Of a DNA stretch of 64,000 nt, positions 13,040 to 26,985 are shown one piece after another (positions within the stretch are counted from its first letter, which is position 1; every line of letters begins with the position of its first letter). Below the pieces are notes generated by a model. The model saw nothing but the letters and a program-made list of their open reading frames with translations. It was not told where the DNA came from and ran no database searches. Made by a program: the position numbers and the translations under genes. The DNA comes from Eledone cirrhosa (lineage: Eukaryota): contig OZ024747.1 of the NCBI GenBank assembly GCA_964016885.1, forward strand, positions 24,924,001 to 24,988,000. Direction: 5' to 3'.

Positions 13040-13300
13040 TGTCACTTCGGCCACAAACCTGGGCACCACCGCCCGCAACGCAAAGGAAGAGGAAGATAAC
13101 TAAATACCGGGGCTTGACCAACCGCTTCTTTTTCGTACCGATCGCCGTCGAGACCTCAGGTGTTCTCTGTTCCCGCACTGCTGATTTCCTCCGTAAAATC
13201 GGAAAGATAGAGGAAGGAGTCCCATGAGGTGAAATGGCTGTTGCTGGTCATTCTCCGTAACAATACCTTTGCCGTTTTATCCGTGGGGCGCAGCTGAAAC
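13040..13300 (+). mobile_element. 3' fragment of a CRE-type RLE retrotransposon (second subfamily)
   Basis: ORF 12955 contains KITKYRGLTNRFFFVPIAVETSGVLCSRTADFLRKIG, the K..KY...F.P.AVET.G motif of the RLE C-terminus. Confidence 0.75.
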
Positions 13301-13552
13301 ACCGCATAGACTGGGGTGTAGAGCTTGTTGTCCCCCCCCCCTCTTCCTTTGCTTAATTCCCCCTTTTTTTCTGACTCTTCTTTTCTTATTTTCCTCTCTC
13401 TCTCTATCTATCTATCCTTATTGCTATGTATATTGTACAGATTTTGTATTGCAATAAATCTTTTTAACATGTTTCTAAGTATTTTCATGTCCTTTGACAA
13501 GTGTACCAGCTGCATCCCTTTGAACGCAACCCTTTCAAACGTATGTTTTAAA

Positions 13553-13648
13553 TACAGGGTGTCCCAAATACACACTTCAACAGCATTCTGATAAATATTG
13601 CCTGTCCATGTAATCAAAGTGTGTATACATTTTTGAGGACATCCTGTA
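13553..13648. mobile_element. Tc1/mariner-type MITE (about 92 bp)
   Basis: TA-CAGGGTGTCCCAAATACACACTT ... AAGTGTGTATACATTTTTGAGGACATCCTG-TA: imperfect TIRs with TA on both sides. Confidence 0.7.
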
Positions 13649-14634
13649 TCTACCAGATAACAATTTCCCACAATGTTTGGGGTGAAATTTTAGTTTCACC
13701 CCAAATGATTATGAAGGATTATGACGCAAAGTTTTATAGAATTATTTATAATCTTTGTCACTGAATAATGGTAGGAAAAGATTTAAGTATCTGTCTAGAC
13801 CCGAAGAGATTTTACTTATCATTTCATACTCTAACGCTACCGAAGAAATCTTGGAGAAATAGAAGGAAAATGTGTATTATATACACGCCGATATATACGG
13901 TAATAAAATAGGTATTATAATTCATGCTGAATTTGTTTTCAGCATTTCTGCAAGTTAGCTGACAACTCTGCACACATGGAATATGGACAAAAAAAAAATT
14001 AATTAAACAAATCCAAATATATATATATTTTTAATGAAATGTAATTTACCTGATAAAGAATAAACTAAAATTATAGATTTAAATTCTGTATATTTTATTT
14101 ACTATGTGGGGGATGTTGTCATGGAACCTATACGTATACAGTGAACTGTATACTTTACTAAAGAGTATTTAAGAAAATAAACGAAATAAATTTTCTACAG
14201 CCGGGTGAAAGTTAAATCGCAGTCAATTAGCCGGTTGTATTATCTGTCATTGTGTTCTCGAATATGTATAATACATATAGTTATTTAACTATGTGGTGTT
14301 AATGACAGTTGAAAAACCCTTGTTTAGTAGCATACTTTTAATCTGATGCCGTGCGTGTCTTGGCTAGCTTCAAAACGTTTAGAGGACAACACCACCATTC
14401 CCTGTCGTGGCGTATATGCCTTCTCCCGGCTGTTTTTTTTTCTTTTTTATATTTCTTTTTATTTTCTCTAATTAACTTATATTGATTTGTTTCTTTTGTA
14501 AATCATATTCATTATAAAAATTGTGTTTATATATAAATAAAAGTATAACTTAATCGTTGTCTAAATCTAGATTGGAGATGGTTCGAATCACATGTTGACA
14601 CGAGAGACACCTGCTCGTATAATGCACAACATGG

Positions 14635-14810
14635 GCCGCTGACAGCGAAGTTCTTGTCATCGCTGGCGGCTCGCCTTACTGAGGTATCATGTGATGTCCC
14701 TGAGGGTGCCGAGCCTCGCCACCCCCCGTTTAAATGCTGCGAGCGTATTGGCTTACCTCAAAATATCCTGTTTATCCTCATGATGTGCGACTGATTGTCG
14801 CACTTGGTGA
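14635..14810 (+). mobile_element. CRE-type RLE 3' fragment, paralog of 8610-8845
   Basis: Translates LTAKFLSSLAARLTEVSCDVPEGA; shares the terminal GTG(C/T)G.CTGATTG.CGCAC hairpin-like end. Confidence 0.7.
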
Positions 14811-16564
14811 TGAAATATACATTTGATAGTTGTTTTTATTTTTTATTCCCATTTTTTTCTTTCGCTCGCTCTGGTCGTATATTTTAGTTAATTGTATTTG
14901 TTATATGTGGTTGTATTTTTATTCTGAAGGAATTGTGAGCAACTTGTAATGTTATTTATATAACTGTGAACTTCGGAAAATAAAATCACTGGTAGTTACT
15001 TTTTTCTCTCTGTTATGCGTTTATATTTGTGTTTATCAACGACATTATATTTGTAATGTTCTTCTTCTGAAAGAACTGTGAGCAATTTATAAAGTTATTT
15101 ACGCATTTGTAATGTTATCTATACAACTGTGAATAAATTTTTTTAGTTGATAATTCAAGTTCCACGATAAAAAAAAAATATAAATACTCAATCTTTATGT
15201 ACAGTGCCCTAAGATATTGCTACAAATACAGAGGGGACCTCGTACGAATACTGAGTCATGTTGCTACTTTATATGTAACGATGTAAATGAAGTGAATTAT
15301 CTACAATAATCCTTATCTGAATGTATATACCAAGGTTCGAGAGACACCTGCTTATATATGTTTAGTGCTTTGTGCCGAATTAACCAAGTAGCAAGAGTAA
15401 CATTTGGTATGGGCCTAACATTTTTAAGGGGACAGTGCATTATACTACAGTGCTATACTGCCTTTAAACTTTGTTAGATTTTTTTGAAAATTTAAACTCC
15501 TTTATAGTATATGCTACAGGCCCCGCACTAACCTAATCTGTCACTGATAAAGCACCTCTGACATATTATGCTCCTGCCTATGTATAATAACGGTTGAAAA
15601 CTACATATTTAATAATATAATCCTTATCTAAATTCCCTGGATCAGATCTGAGATGTTCACAAAAGAAACACCTGCTAATATATATATATATATATAATAT
15701 ATATATATATATATAAGTGCACGAATATCTATGTAATGCGTTTGTCACTATGACTGTCTTCCTCTCTCCACTTTAGCGGTAGCTAAACTATATCTCTCTC
15801 ATTCTACTGTGTATCTTTCTTTTCATTGTGTGTGTTACTCTCTCTCTCTAACTCAATCTCTCTATTTCTCCCTTCACCGTCTCTCTATCTCTCCCTCTCT
15901 GCTTCTACTGTGTCATATGATCGACGTATTTCTACACATAATGTCTACTACTCAACATCAACTGTTTCTATCACAGACGGCTGGTTTTTATAGCAGCATT
16001 TACTCCACGGTAAGTAATATATTAGACTGTCTTTACCCAAACTATAATTATTCTTTAATTACTCATTAATAACTTGAGCTAACTTTTAATCTGTAATCTC
16101 ACTTTAAAATACCCCAATTTCACCAAAACATTTTTTTATTCTGCTAGAAGACATGTATGCCTATAGAGACACATGCATGGAAAGAAACATTAAGTTTTAT
16201 GTCGAATTATCGTAAAATAAATTGCTATATCTCGTTCAAGTCGTTCTTTATATATATATTATAGGTTAGTAAATTTAATCGATAGATCAACAAAAACCTG
16301 ATGTTTGTATAAAAGTATATATTTCACCGAGGAACTTGGTTAAGATATTAACACTGACTATGGTCACAAAATCGGAGATCTTTTTTTTATTTCGTTGTTG
16401 ATATAAAAACCCTTTCTACGTCTACGTGAGAGAAAGTTGCCTGGTGATGGTTACTTCTGGACCTTATATATGAACATGTAGGTGTATAAATATATATATA
16501 TATTCTCTCACTTTCCTCAATTTTACTGTTTCTCTACCTTTGCTTAGTACCAAAATTATATGTT

Positions 16565-16985
16565 TTCAAATTTCGCCGAGGTCAAGTTTGCCTTTCGATC
16601 TTTCTGGGTACCCACAAAAAGAGTACCAGTCAAGTACTGGAGTCGATTTAATCGACGTTGCCCTCTCCCCCAAATTGCTGCCCTTGTGCCTAAATTATAA
16701 ACCATTATTATCATTACTATACAATATTCGCACTTATTCTCTCTGACTCACTTTAACCCCCACCCGGCCCTTTTCTATCGTGTTTTCTGTATTCAGTAAG
16801 TAAACCACCAAACACCTTCGTGCCAGAAAACTAGAGTACCCTGTATAATGTTTAGAGTACGCGACACCACCACCTTGTGTAGAGAGGAAGTGATAAATAT
16901 AAGGATAATTGTTTCTACTTTTGGCACAAGGCCAGCAAATACCCAGTGCATTACTGGTACTTTATTTTATCGACCATAAGGATAA
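16565..16985. mobile_element. Two partial Nin/Deu-like SINEs (about 16565-16710 +, 16905-16985 -)
   Basis: Core and tail similarity to 1931-2120. Confidence 0.7.
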
Positions 16986-17269
16986 TGTGCTCGCCCTTTC
17001 TAGATAGTTTTAAAGCAATGTAGCTGAAGAAAAGTGGTTACAGTTATCTATAGAAACAGGGTCATAGTCTTGAATTGGTTAACCTGATATCGGAAAAGAT
17101 AGAAGTGCCATCCGACAGAAGTTTTCTTGGCTTTCGGACAGAATCATTGAAATGTGGAGAATGCGACTACAGAACTAACATCATATATATTAAAATGTAT
17201 ACACGCGCACGCTCGCACAGAGAGAGAGAGGTGATGCTCTAGAAAGGAGCAACTACTTGGGAACAAAAC

Positions 17270-18140
17270 TATCAGATCAAGTTATGAAAGTGACAAAGAA
17301 TCAAATTAGATAAGATGCAATTTGGTTTCATGCCAAGGAGGAGCATCACAGATGCCCTTTTTTAGTAAGACAGCTACAAGAGAAGTTCTTAGCTAAGAGT
17401 AAGCCTCTATATCTAGCCTTTGTTGATCTAGAGAAAGTCTTTGACAGAATACGCTGATCTGTCATCTGGTGGTCCTTAGGAAACTAGGTGTAGAAGAGTG
17501 GCTTGTAAGAGCCTATTCTCACTTTCCTTACACAACCTGTAAGTAAAGTGAGAATAGGAAGGGATTCCAGATACAGGTGGGAGTGAATCAGAGTTCAGTT
17601 CTTAGCCTACTAATGTTTATCCTAGTCTTCCAGGCCATAACAGAGGAGTTTAAGACTGTTTCCCTACATCAGAACTTCTGTATGCCGATGATCTTGTCTT
17701 TATAGCTGAATCTATGGAAGAAGTAGAGAATAAATTCTGGCTGTCGAACCAGAATTTAGAATCAAAAGGGCTTAAAGTAAATTTAGTAAAAACCAAAATA
17801 AAATGTTAATATGTAAGAAAGAAGATGGGACACCAATCTCATCAGGAAAGTGGCCTTGCTCTATATGGAGAAAATAAATAGGCATAAACTCTTTAAACAC
17901 TGAAAATCTTGGGTCCACAGGAGGCAGACTAACAGGAAAGGAAGACTTTGTATGTAGTAGGTATTCAGGGCCAATTGATAGTAAGAGTGCTGATATTAAA
18001 TAATATAAACCTTTTCCAATCCCAGGAAGGATCCATAGAAGTCGTTGATAGTTTCTGCTACCTTGGTGATATAATTAGCAGTGGAAGAAGGCGCTTGGAG
18101 AGCATAGTAGCTAGAATAAGGACATGATGGAATAAGTTTA
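17270..18140 (+). mobile_element. Degenerate RTE RT fragment
   Basis: Collinear with the 37301-37965 RT: DQVMKVT, MQFGFM, LYLAFVDLEK, LLYADDL (about 17675-17695), GLKVNL; many indels. Confidence 0.88.
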
Positions 18141-18341
18141 GGGAACAGGTACATTCTGTAAAGTTTGGGAAGCTGAGAAGTGTGGCCCAAGGGGTCAGTA
18201 GCTCAGATTAACTACTTACTTGGTCTGTGGTGGCACATCCAACCCTTGCTAACAAGGAAAATAAACATTAAATGATAATGATATATATGTATATATATCT
18301 GTCGGATAGGAGTGATGCGTGTCTTCCGCTGTTCGTTGTTT

Positions 18342-18380
<39 letters not shown>

Positions 18381-18387
<7 letters not shown>

Positions 18388-19262
18388 CTTCACTGTTTAA
18401 CATCCATTTTTCCTACAGTGTGGACTGGGCGGTTTTGTCATGGCACCAAAACAATCACTTTACATAGTGGACTTGGCGCTAGGGTGGAGGTGGTACATGT
18501 ATGTAGGGTGGGGATTGGAGTGGTAGGTCTCGGGTGGGGTACTTAGTTGGTGAAGAGTGGAGTGTTAGGACATGGGAGGTGTATGGAAGGGGGAGAAGTG
18601 GTGCATACTAGAGACCGCTTGATGTTTGCTTCAACCTGTGTACATAGGAGGGTGAGTATTCTGCAATACTGCATTATGCTAGAGATCTCGATCCTTTATC
18701 ATCACCTTTGAGACGTGCAATTGTGCAAGGTCAGCTTTTATAACCTCATCCCAAGCCTTCCTATGTCTTTCTCTTCCATAGCTTCCAATCAACTTTGAGC
18801 ACCCTGCAATTTTTTATACAGCTGTCATCCTTCATACATATATTTCCATACCACTGCAATCTTCTCTCCTGCACACTGCATCTGATCCCTCTTATGTGCA
18901 GTTTCTTTCTCAGTTCATTTATGCTTTGCCATTCATGTATATTACTATTACACATCCATCAGAGCATGCAAGCTTCATTTCTTTCCAATCTTCATATGCC
19001 CCCTGTACAAAGCGCCCAGGTCTCATTATCCTGTAGCATTGCCTTTTGTATACTTGCATCATACAATCTGCCCTTTTGTTTAAAAAACATGTAGCTAGCA
19101 GCAGTGCAGTAGTATCTCCCTGAATTTTTTCTATCTCATTCTCATTTTTGCTACTATACTTTTGACACTCACCTCCACTGCTAATTTGGTCACCCAGGTG
19201 ACAGAAGCTGTCAACTGCTCTACAGAACCCTCTCAGAATTTGATAGAGCTTGTTTCCTGTGA
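18381..19262 (-). mobile_element. RTE 3' part: ORF end, 3' UTR and (GAT)n tail
   Basis: Minus ORFs give VDSFCHLGDQISSGG and IRGIRCSVQERRLQWYG; they are followed by the GGTGCCATGACAAAA..CC / GGAAAAATGGATGTTAAAC..GATGATG tail module. Confidence 0.8.
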
Positions 19263-19274
19263 GCATTTGCTGTA

Positions 19275-19425
19275 AACGTGGTTGGTGTTAGGAAGGGCAT
19301 CCAGCCGTAGAAAACCTGCCAGACAGTCCTATACGAGCGAGACGACCAATCTTGCCTCAAGTGGGACAATTCCCGTCTAAACCCATGCTAGCGTGGAAGA
19401 TAGACGTTAAGCGATGATGATGATG
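19275..19425 (+). mobile_element. RTE-type 3' tail module
   Basis: GTGGTTGGTGTTAGGAAGGGCATCCAGCCGTAGAAAA...CCATGCTAGCGTGGAAGATAGACGTTAAGCGATGATGATGATG; further copies at about 1730-1825 and 30590-30672. Confidence 0.8.
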
Positions 19426-19719
19426 CTCCTGTGCAATGACCATATGTAAAACCTACCTTCTTAGCTATCCTACCTGAGATCCTGCTATATCTCTTGTGTA
19501 CCCATAGTTTGCATTTGGGACAGAGGATGGAATTTGTACCTACCCCTTTCATACACACTGAGCAGGGCCATTTCTATGAAGGAATCAGGATATATACATA
19601 TATCAAAATGACAAACAAACAAACATAGTAGTCAATAGTACAAAGTGTTACTAGCTTCATGCTTATATATATACATATATACTGGCACCAACTCTTGGGA
19701 GGTCACCTTCTTCCAAGGC

Positions 19720-20770
19720 AAACATTTGAAGGTGAGAATAGAAGTGGTAGGAGTTAAGGAGTACAGAGACGTATGACAATCGTGGTGGGGAATGATAGTG
19801 AAGTGATGGTAAGGGAGAGAGTGAATTGAGGCTACATGGTTGGTGTGTCCAAAGCAAGAACGATGGATGGATATCAACACGGATGGGTAATAGTGAGTGA
19901 TAGATGTCATCCAAGAGCTATATGGGGAAGAGAGAATGGCACTATGGTTTATCAGTGAAAGATGATGGTCAGGGAACCAAATGTCAGCAGGACAGACACT
20001 CACCCTTGTGGTATTGCTGTTAGGTGATAGATAAGTGAGTGCTATGTAGAGAGTTTGAGTGATAGTGATAATGGAGGGATTAAGTATGGATGGACCAAAT
20101 GTCGCACCTCACTACAAGGCAGTGATACACAGAGGATATAATAGCTGGTTGTAAGGGTGTAGCAGATAGAATGGTAGATGGAGAAGAGATGGAATCAATA
20201 GGAGCATATATACCAATGGGCAGCCTATCTTCAGCTTCTTGATGCGACTTCACTACTTTGTTCCATATCTTCCTAGATCTACGATTTCCCTAAATCCCAT
20301 CCACTGTGGGTGCCCTGCACTTCATTTTACAGCTGTCATTTTCTATACACATCACAGTGTAATACAGAAGACACGCCTTCCCTACGTACAAAGTTAAACC
20401 TACAGTCAGTAGGCACCCCAACCCACTATCCCTACTCTGTCCTCCAACTTTCACCCACACCACCCTTTCTCTGTAAAGTTCTGTTGGTACCACAGAACAT
20501 CCAGTCCACACTAAAGTGGTCGTGTAGGTGTCACGACAAAATGCACCTAGTCCACACTGTAAAGTGTTCGTGTAGGTGACACGGTAAAAAGGCTACCAGT
20601 CAACACTGTAAATGTGGTTGGTGTTAGAAAGGGCATCCAGCGGTAGAAAACCTGCCAGGTACAGTCCTATGCGAGCGAGACATGGTCACTCGACCCAACT
20701 TGCCTCGAGTAGGACAATTCCCATCTAGCCCATGCTAGCGTGAAAGATAGACATTAAACGATGATGATCA
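19720..20770. mobile_element. RTE 3' UTR-like sequence ending in the tail module, with 2-3 incipient about 47-bp repeats at 20490-20615
   Basis: CCAGTCCACACT..AAGTG.TCGTGTAGGTG.CACG repeated before GTTGGTGTTAGAAAGGGCATCCAG; the 5' boundary is approximate. Confidence 0.55.
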
Positions 20771-21879
20771 TCATCATCACATGTCCATACTATACCAGTG
20801 AAGTTTTCTCTCTTACATGCTACATCTGATTCCTACTATATTTAGTTTTTCTCTCAGCTCATTTATACATTGTCTTTTATGGACACTACCCATCCACTGG
20901 AGAATATTCATATATTTCTTTCTTGTCTTCACAAATCCCCTGCAGTCAAAACTTATGCAGCATTCCAGTTCAAATACAAGCATCATATAGTCTACCCTTC
21001 ACTTTGTCAGCCGTTAATTGCTCTCTGAACTTTTTCCAACCCTTCTTGCACTTCATGTTCTCTTAGTACTTATTGCCCCTGTGCATACACAGTTTGCCTT
21101 GTCTGTTAATGCATCTATAGTTTACACCACATTTACCACAGGAAATTTCTGCCCACTCCTTTTCAGCATGGCCATTTCCCTCATGATATAAAAGCCCTGT
21201 CTTTTCTCCTAGAAAGGTTCCTCCCAACCTTTTGTTTGGTAAGCTCTCTACAGCTGGATACCCTTTCTATGTTGCTTATGAATAATATGTTATATCTATG
21301 TTATTTATAAATAATTTATTATCCACTTGTAGAGCTGTTCTGTCAATAATGATTTCTAATTTCAGTAGAAGGCTTTCAATTTTGGGAGAGGGCAAAGTTG
21401 ATTATAATGACTCCATTTTTTTTACTGGTACTTTATTTCATTGATGGATGAAAAGCAAAGTTGACCTCAGTAGGATTTGAACTCAGAACAAATTGTGTGG
21501 AACATATCTGAATTTTGGAGCCTAAAATTGGTATGCCATATACACAAGGATTACCGGATATATGAACAATCATAGAAACTGGGAAATTTGCGTTTTGATA
21601 AATGAAAGGCTTACCTACTCTTCCCCCTTATTCATATGATTTTTTTCCCCTTTTCTCTCTGCCACCTTAGTCTTCCTGCCCATTTACATCCCTGATTCCG
21701 CCTTTCCTACCCAACCTATGCCAGTATGGAAAGAAGGGTGCACTTCACAATGTACTGCCGCACACCACCTATCCCTCTCTCTGGCAAGCAGCATTAGCCC
21801 CTTACGCTTGTTCCCCTATGATCCCCAATTAGGGCCTTCTCATGGTGGCCAAGGACACAATGAGTACCATAATGTTGAA

Positions 21880-22845
21880 AATGATAGTGATCGTGCCACA
21901 ATAAATGTACCGGCCCACTCTGTAAAGTGATAGTGCTGATGCCATGATAAATGCACCCAGCCCACTCTATAAAGTGATAGTGCTGATGCCATGATAAATG
22001 CACCCAGCCCACTCTATAAAATGATAGTGCTGATGCCATGATAAATGCACTCAGCCCACTCTATAAAGTGATAGTGCTGATGCCTCGATAAATGCACCCA
22101 GCCCACTCTATAAAATGATAGTGCTGATGCCACTATAAATGTACCCAGTCCACTCTATAAAGTGATAGTGTTGATGCCACTATAAATGTACCCAGCCCAC
22201 TCTATAAAATGATAGTGCTGATGCCTCGATAAATGTACCCAGTCCACTCTATAAAGTGATAGTGTTGATGCCACTATAAATGTACCCAGTCCACTCTATA
22301 AAATGATAGTGTTGATGCCACTATAAATGTACCCAGCCCACTCTATAAAATGATAGTGCTGATGCCTCGATAAATGCACCCAGCCCACTCTATAAAATGA
22401 TAGTATTGATGCCACTATAAATGTACCCAGCCCACTCTATAAAGTGATAGTGATGGTGCCACGATAAATGCACCCAGTCCACTCTATAAAGTGATAGTGC
22501 TCACGCCATGATAAATGCACCCAGCCCACTCTATAAAGTGATAGTGATGGTGCACCCAGTCCACTCTATAAAGTGATAGTGTTGATGCCATGATAAATGC
22601 ACCCAGCCCACTCTATAAAATGATAGTGATGGTGCCACGATAATAGCACCCAGTCCACTCTGTTAGTCGGTAGTGGTGATAACACAATAAAACACATGTG
22701 GTACATACTGTGAAGTTGTTAGTGTCATGAAGGGCATCTAACTATAAAAACTATGCTATGTCATCTGACATGTTTGGCCTTAGAACATGACAACTATCTA
22801 ACCCATGCAAGCATGGAAAATAGACATAAAACGATGATGATGATA
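21880..22845 (+). repeat. 47-bp minisatellite (about 17 copies) ending in the RTE tail module
   Basis: Unit CTATAAAGTGATAGTGCTGATGCCATGATAAATGCACCCAGCCCACT, followed by GAAGGGCATCTAA...CCATGCAAGCATGGAAAATAGACATAAAACGATGATGATGAT. Confidence 0.92.
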
Positions 22846-23086
22846 AGAGTAAACCTATTACTTATGTTGATTACTGACACATGGAAATGATTAAAGATAA
22901 GAACGATATTTTGATAATATATTTCTAGCATATAATTACATAAATGTTCAGCATATATATATGTACAGATGGCATACAGGATTATGTATGAGTGAGGAAC
23001 TATTTTACAGGGACAAATATAGTAGCAGACTGACAAGATAGGGAATATTGTGTTTGTATGTGTAAATTTTAGAGAGTTACAGACAG

Positions 23087-23089
<3 letters not shown>

Positions 23090-23136
<47 letters not shown>

Positions 23137-23324
23137 TGTGTGTATATATGTATATAGTGTGTGTATATATGTATATAGTGTGTGTATATATGTATATAGT
23201 GTGTGTATATATGTATATAGTGTGTGTATATATGTATATAGTGTGTGTATATATGTATATAGTGTGTGTATATATGTATATGTGTGTGTATATATGTGTC
23301 TATATATGTATGTCTATATATGTA

Positions 23325-23355
<31 letters not shown>

Positions 23356-23390
23356 GTGTATATATATATGTATATATATATATATATGTA

Positions 23391-23421
<31 letters not shown>

Positions 23422-23424
23422 GTA

Positions 23425-23513
<89 letters not shown>

Positions 23514-23532
23514 ATATGTGTGTATATATGTA

Positions 23533-23575
<43 letters not shown>

Positions 23576-23678
23576 ATATGTGTGTATATATATATATATG
23601 TATATGTATATATGTGTGTATATATATATATGTATATGTATATATGTGTGTATATATATATATGTATATGTATATATG

Positions 23679-23711
<33 letters not shown>

Positions 23712-23736
23712 GTGTGTATATATATATATATATGTA

Positions 23737-23830
<94 letters not shown>
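23090..23830. repeat. TA/TG compound microsatellite
   Basis: Directly visible. Confidence 0.95.
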
Positions 23831-23861
23831 TATATCTATCCTATTCATAGATTATTTGTTT

Positions 23862-26638
23862 AGTGGTGATGTCAATAAAATGCACTCACTATACTCTGTA
23901 AAGTGGTACTGCTGGTGCCATGATAAAATGCACTCACTATACTCTGTAAATTGGTAATGCTGGTGCCATGATAAAATGCACTCACTATACTCTGTAAAGT
24001 GGTACTGCTGATGCCATGATAAAATGCACTCACTATACTCTGTAAAGTGGTAATGCTGGTGCCATGATAAAATGCACTCACTATACTCTGTAAAGTGGTA
24101 ATGCTGGTGCCATGATAAAATGCACTCACTATACTCTGTAAAGTGGTAATGCTGGTGCCATGATAAAATGCATCCACTATACTCTGTAAAGTGGTAATGC
24201 TGGTGCCATGATAAAATGCACTCACTATACTCTGTAAATTGGTAATGCTGGTGCCATGATAAAATGCACTCACTATACTCTGTAAAGTGGTAATACTGGT
24301 GCCATGATAAAATGCACTCACTATACTCTGTAAAGTGGTAATGCTGGTGCCATGATAAAATGCATCCACTATACTCTGTAAAGTGGTAATGCTGGTGCCA
24401 TGATAAAATGCACTCACTATACTCTGTAAAGTGGTAATGCTGGTGCCGTGATAAAATGCACTCACTATACTCTGTAAACTGGTAATGCTGGTGCCATGAT
24501 AAAATGCACTCACTATACTCTGTAAAGTGGTAATGCTGGTGCCATGATAAAATGCACCCACTATACTCTGTAAAGTGGTAATGCTGGTGCCATGATAAAA
24601 TGCACTCACTATACTCTGTAAAGTGGTAATGCTGGTGCCATGATAAAATGCATCCACTATACTCTGTAAAGTGGTAATGCTGGTGCCATGATAAAATGCA
24701 CTCACTATACTCTGTAAATTGGTAATGCTGGTGCCATGATAAAATGCACTCACTATACTCTGTAAAGTGGTAATACTGGTGCCATGATAAAATGCACTCA
24801 CTATACTCTGTAAAGTGGTAATGCTGGTGCCATGATAAAATGCACTCACTATACTCTGTAAAGTGGTAATGCTGGTGCCATGATAAAATGCACTCACTAT
24901 ACTCTGTAAAGTGGTAATGCTGGTGCCATGATAAAATGCATCCACTATACTCTGTAAAGTGGTAATGCTGGTGCCATGATAAAATGCACTCACTATACTC
25001 TGTAAAGTGGTAATGCTGGTGCCATGATAAAATGCATCCACTATACTCTGTAAAGTGGTAATGCTGGTGCCATGATAAAATGCACTCACTATACTCTGTA
25101 AAGTGGTAATGCTAGTGCCATGATAAAATGCACTCACTATACTCTGTAAAGTGGTAATGCTGGTGCCATGATAAAATGCACTCACTATACTCTGTAAAGT
25201 GGTAATGCTGGTGCCATGATAAAATGCATCCACTATACTCTGTAAAGTGGTAATGCTGGTGCCATGATAAAATGCACTCACTATACTCTGTAAAGCGGTA
25301 ATGCTGGTGCCATGATAAAATGCATCCACTATACTCTGTAAAGCGGTAATGCTGGTGCCATGATAAAATGCACTCACTATACTCTGTAAAGTGGTAATGC
25401 TGGTGCCATGATAAAATGCATCCACTATACTCTGTAAAGTGGTAATGCTGGTGCCATGATAAAATGCATCCACTACATCCTGTAAACTGGTAATGCTGGT
25501 GCCATGATAAAATGCATCCACTATACTCTGTAAAGTGGTAATGTTGGTGCCATGATAAAATGCATCCACTACATCCTGTAAAGTGGTAATGCTGGTGCCA
25601 TGATAAAATGCACTCACTATACTCTGTAAAGTGGTAATGCTGGTGCCATGATAAAATGCACTCACTATACTCTGTAAAGTGGTAATGCTAGTGCCATGAT
25701 AAAATGCACTCACTATACTCTGTAAAGTGGTAATGCTGGTGCCATGATAAAATGCACTCACTATACTCTGTAAAGTGGTAATGCTGGTGCCATGATAAAA
25801 TGCATCCACTATACTCTGTAAAGTGGTAATGCTGGTGCCATGATAAAATGCACTCACTATACTCTGTAAAGCGGTAATGCTGGTGCCATGATAAAATGCA
25901 TCCACTATACTCTGTAAAGCGGTAATGCTGGTGCCATGATAAAATGCACTCACTATACTCTGTAAAGTGGTAATGCTGGTGCCATGATAAAATGCATCCA
26001 CTATACTCTGTAAAGTGGTAATGCTGGTGCCATGATAAAATGCATCCACTACATCCTGTAAACTGGTAATGCTGGTGCCATGATAAAATGCATCCACTAT
26101 ACTCTGTAAAGTGGTAATGTTGGTGCCATGATAAAATGCATCCACTACATCCTGTAAAGTGGTAATGCTGGTGCCATGATAAAATGCACTCACTATACTC
26201 TGTAAAGTGGTAATGCTGGTGCCATGATAAAATGCATCCACTACATCCTGTAAAGTGGTAATGCTGGTGCCATGATAAAATGCACCCACTATACTCTGTA
26301 AAGTGGTAATGCTAGTGCCATGATAAAATGCACTCACTATACTCTGTAAAGTGGTAATGCTGGTGCCATGATAAAATGCACTCACTATACTCTGTAAACT
26401 GGTAATGCTGGTGCCATGATAAAATGCACTCACTATACTCTGTAAAGTGGTAATGCTGGTGCCATGATAAAATGCATCCACTACATCCTGTAAGGTTGTT
26501 GGTGTTAGAAAGGACATCCAGCCATAGACAATATGGTACATATTAGCATGATGAGGTCTCTGTGACCTAACTCATCTTAGACTGTGGCAGCCTGTCCAAA
26601 CCATGCCAGAATAGAAAAATGTACGTAATGATGATGAT
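23862..26638 (+). repeat. 48-bp minisatellite (about 55 copies) ending in the RTE tail module
   Basis: Unit GTAAAGTGGTAATGCTGGTGCCATGATAAAATGCACTCACTATACTCT to about 26495, then GTTGTTGGTGTTAGAAAGGACATCCAGCC...ATGATGAT. Confidence 0.95.
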
Positions 26639-26814
26639 CTCAATAGATGTCAGCTTATGTGTGTAGCTTTCTTTGATTTGCTACATACAAAGTTCCAATA
26701 TTTCACTGTTATTTCTAAACAAACTACTTGGATTCTGTTTTCTTTCATCTGGTACCCAACAGATTTAGCAAAGAAGGAGTATTGTTAAATTATTGTGTGT
26801 GGGGGGGGGGTACA

Positions 26815-26985
26815 AGTGGTGGTATTGGTGATAATGGTGGTAATAGTTGTGATGGTGGTGGTGACGATGATGGTGGTAATGGTGGTAGTAGTGGTGGTGT
26901 TGGTGATAGTGATGGTGGTGGTAGTGTTGGTGGTGATGGCAGTTGTGGTGGTAATGGTGATGGCAGTAGTGGTGGCAGTGGTCGT
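26815..26985. repeat. Degenerate (GGT/GAT/AGT)n tract
   Basis: Directly visible; explains the Gly-rich and His-rich ORFs. Confidence 0.9.

Noticed and set aside
23872-26541. 889-aa repeat protein or CRISPR-like array
   Set aside because: Contiguous 48-bp units with no unique spacers and no cas genes; the unit is a multiple of 3 and derives from a retroelement tail.
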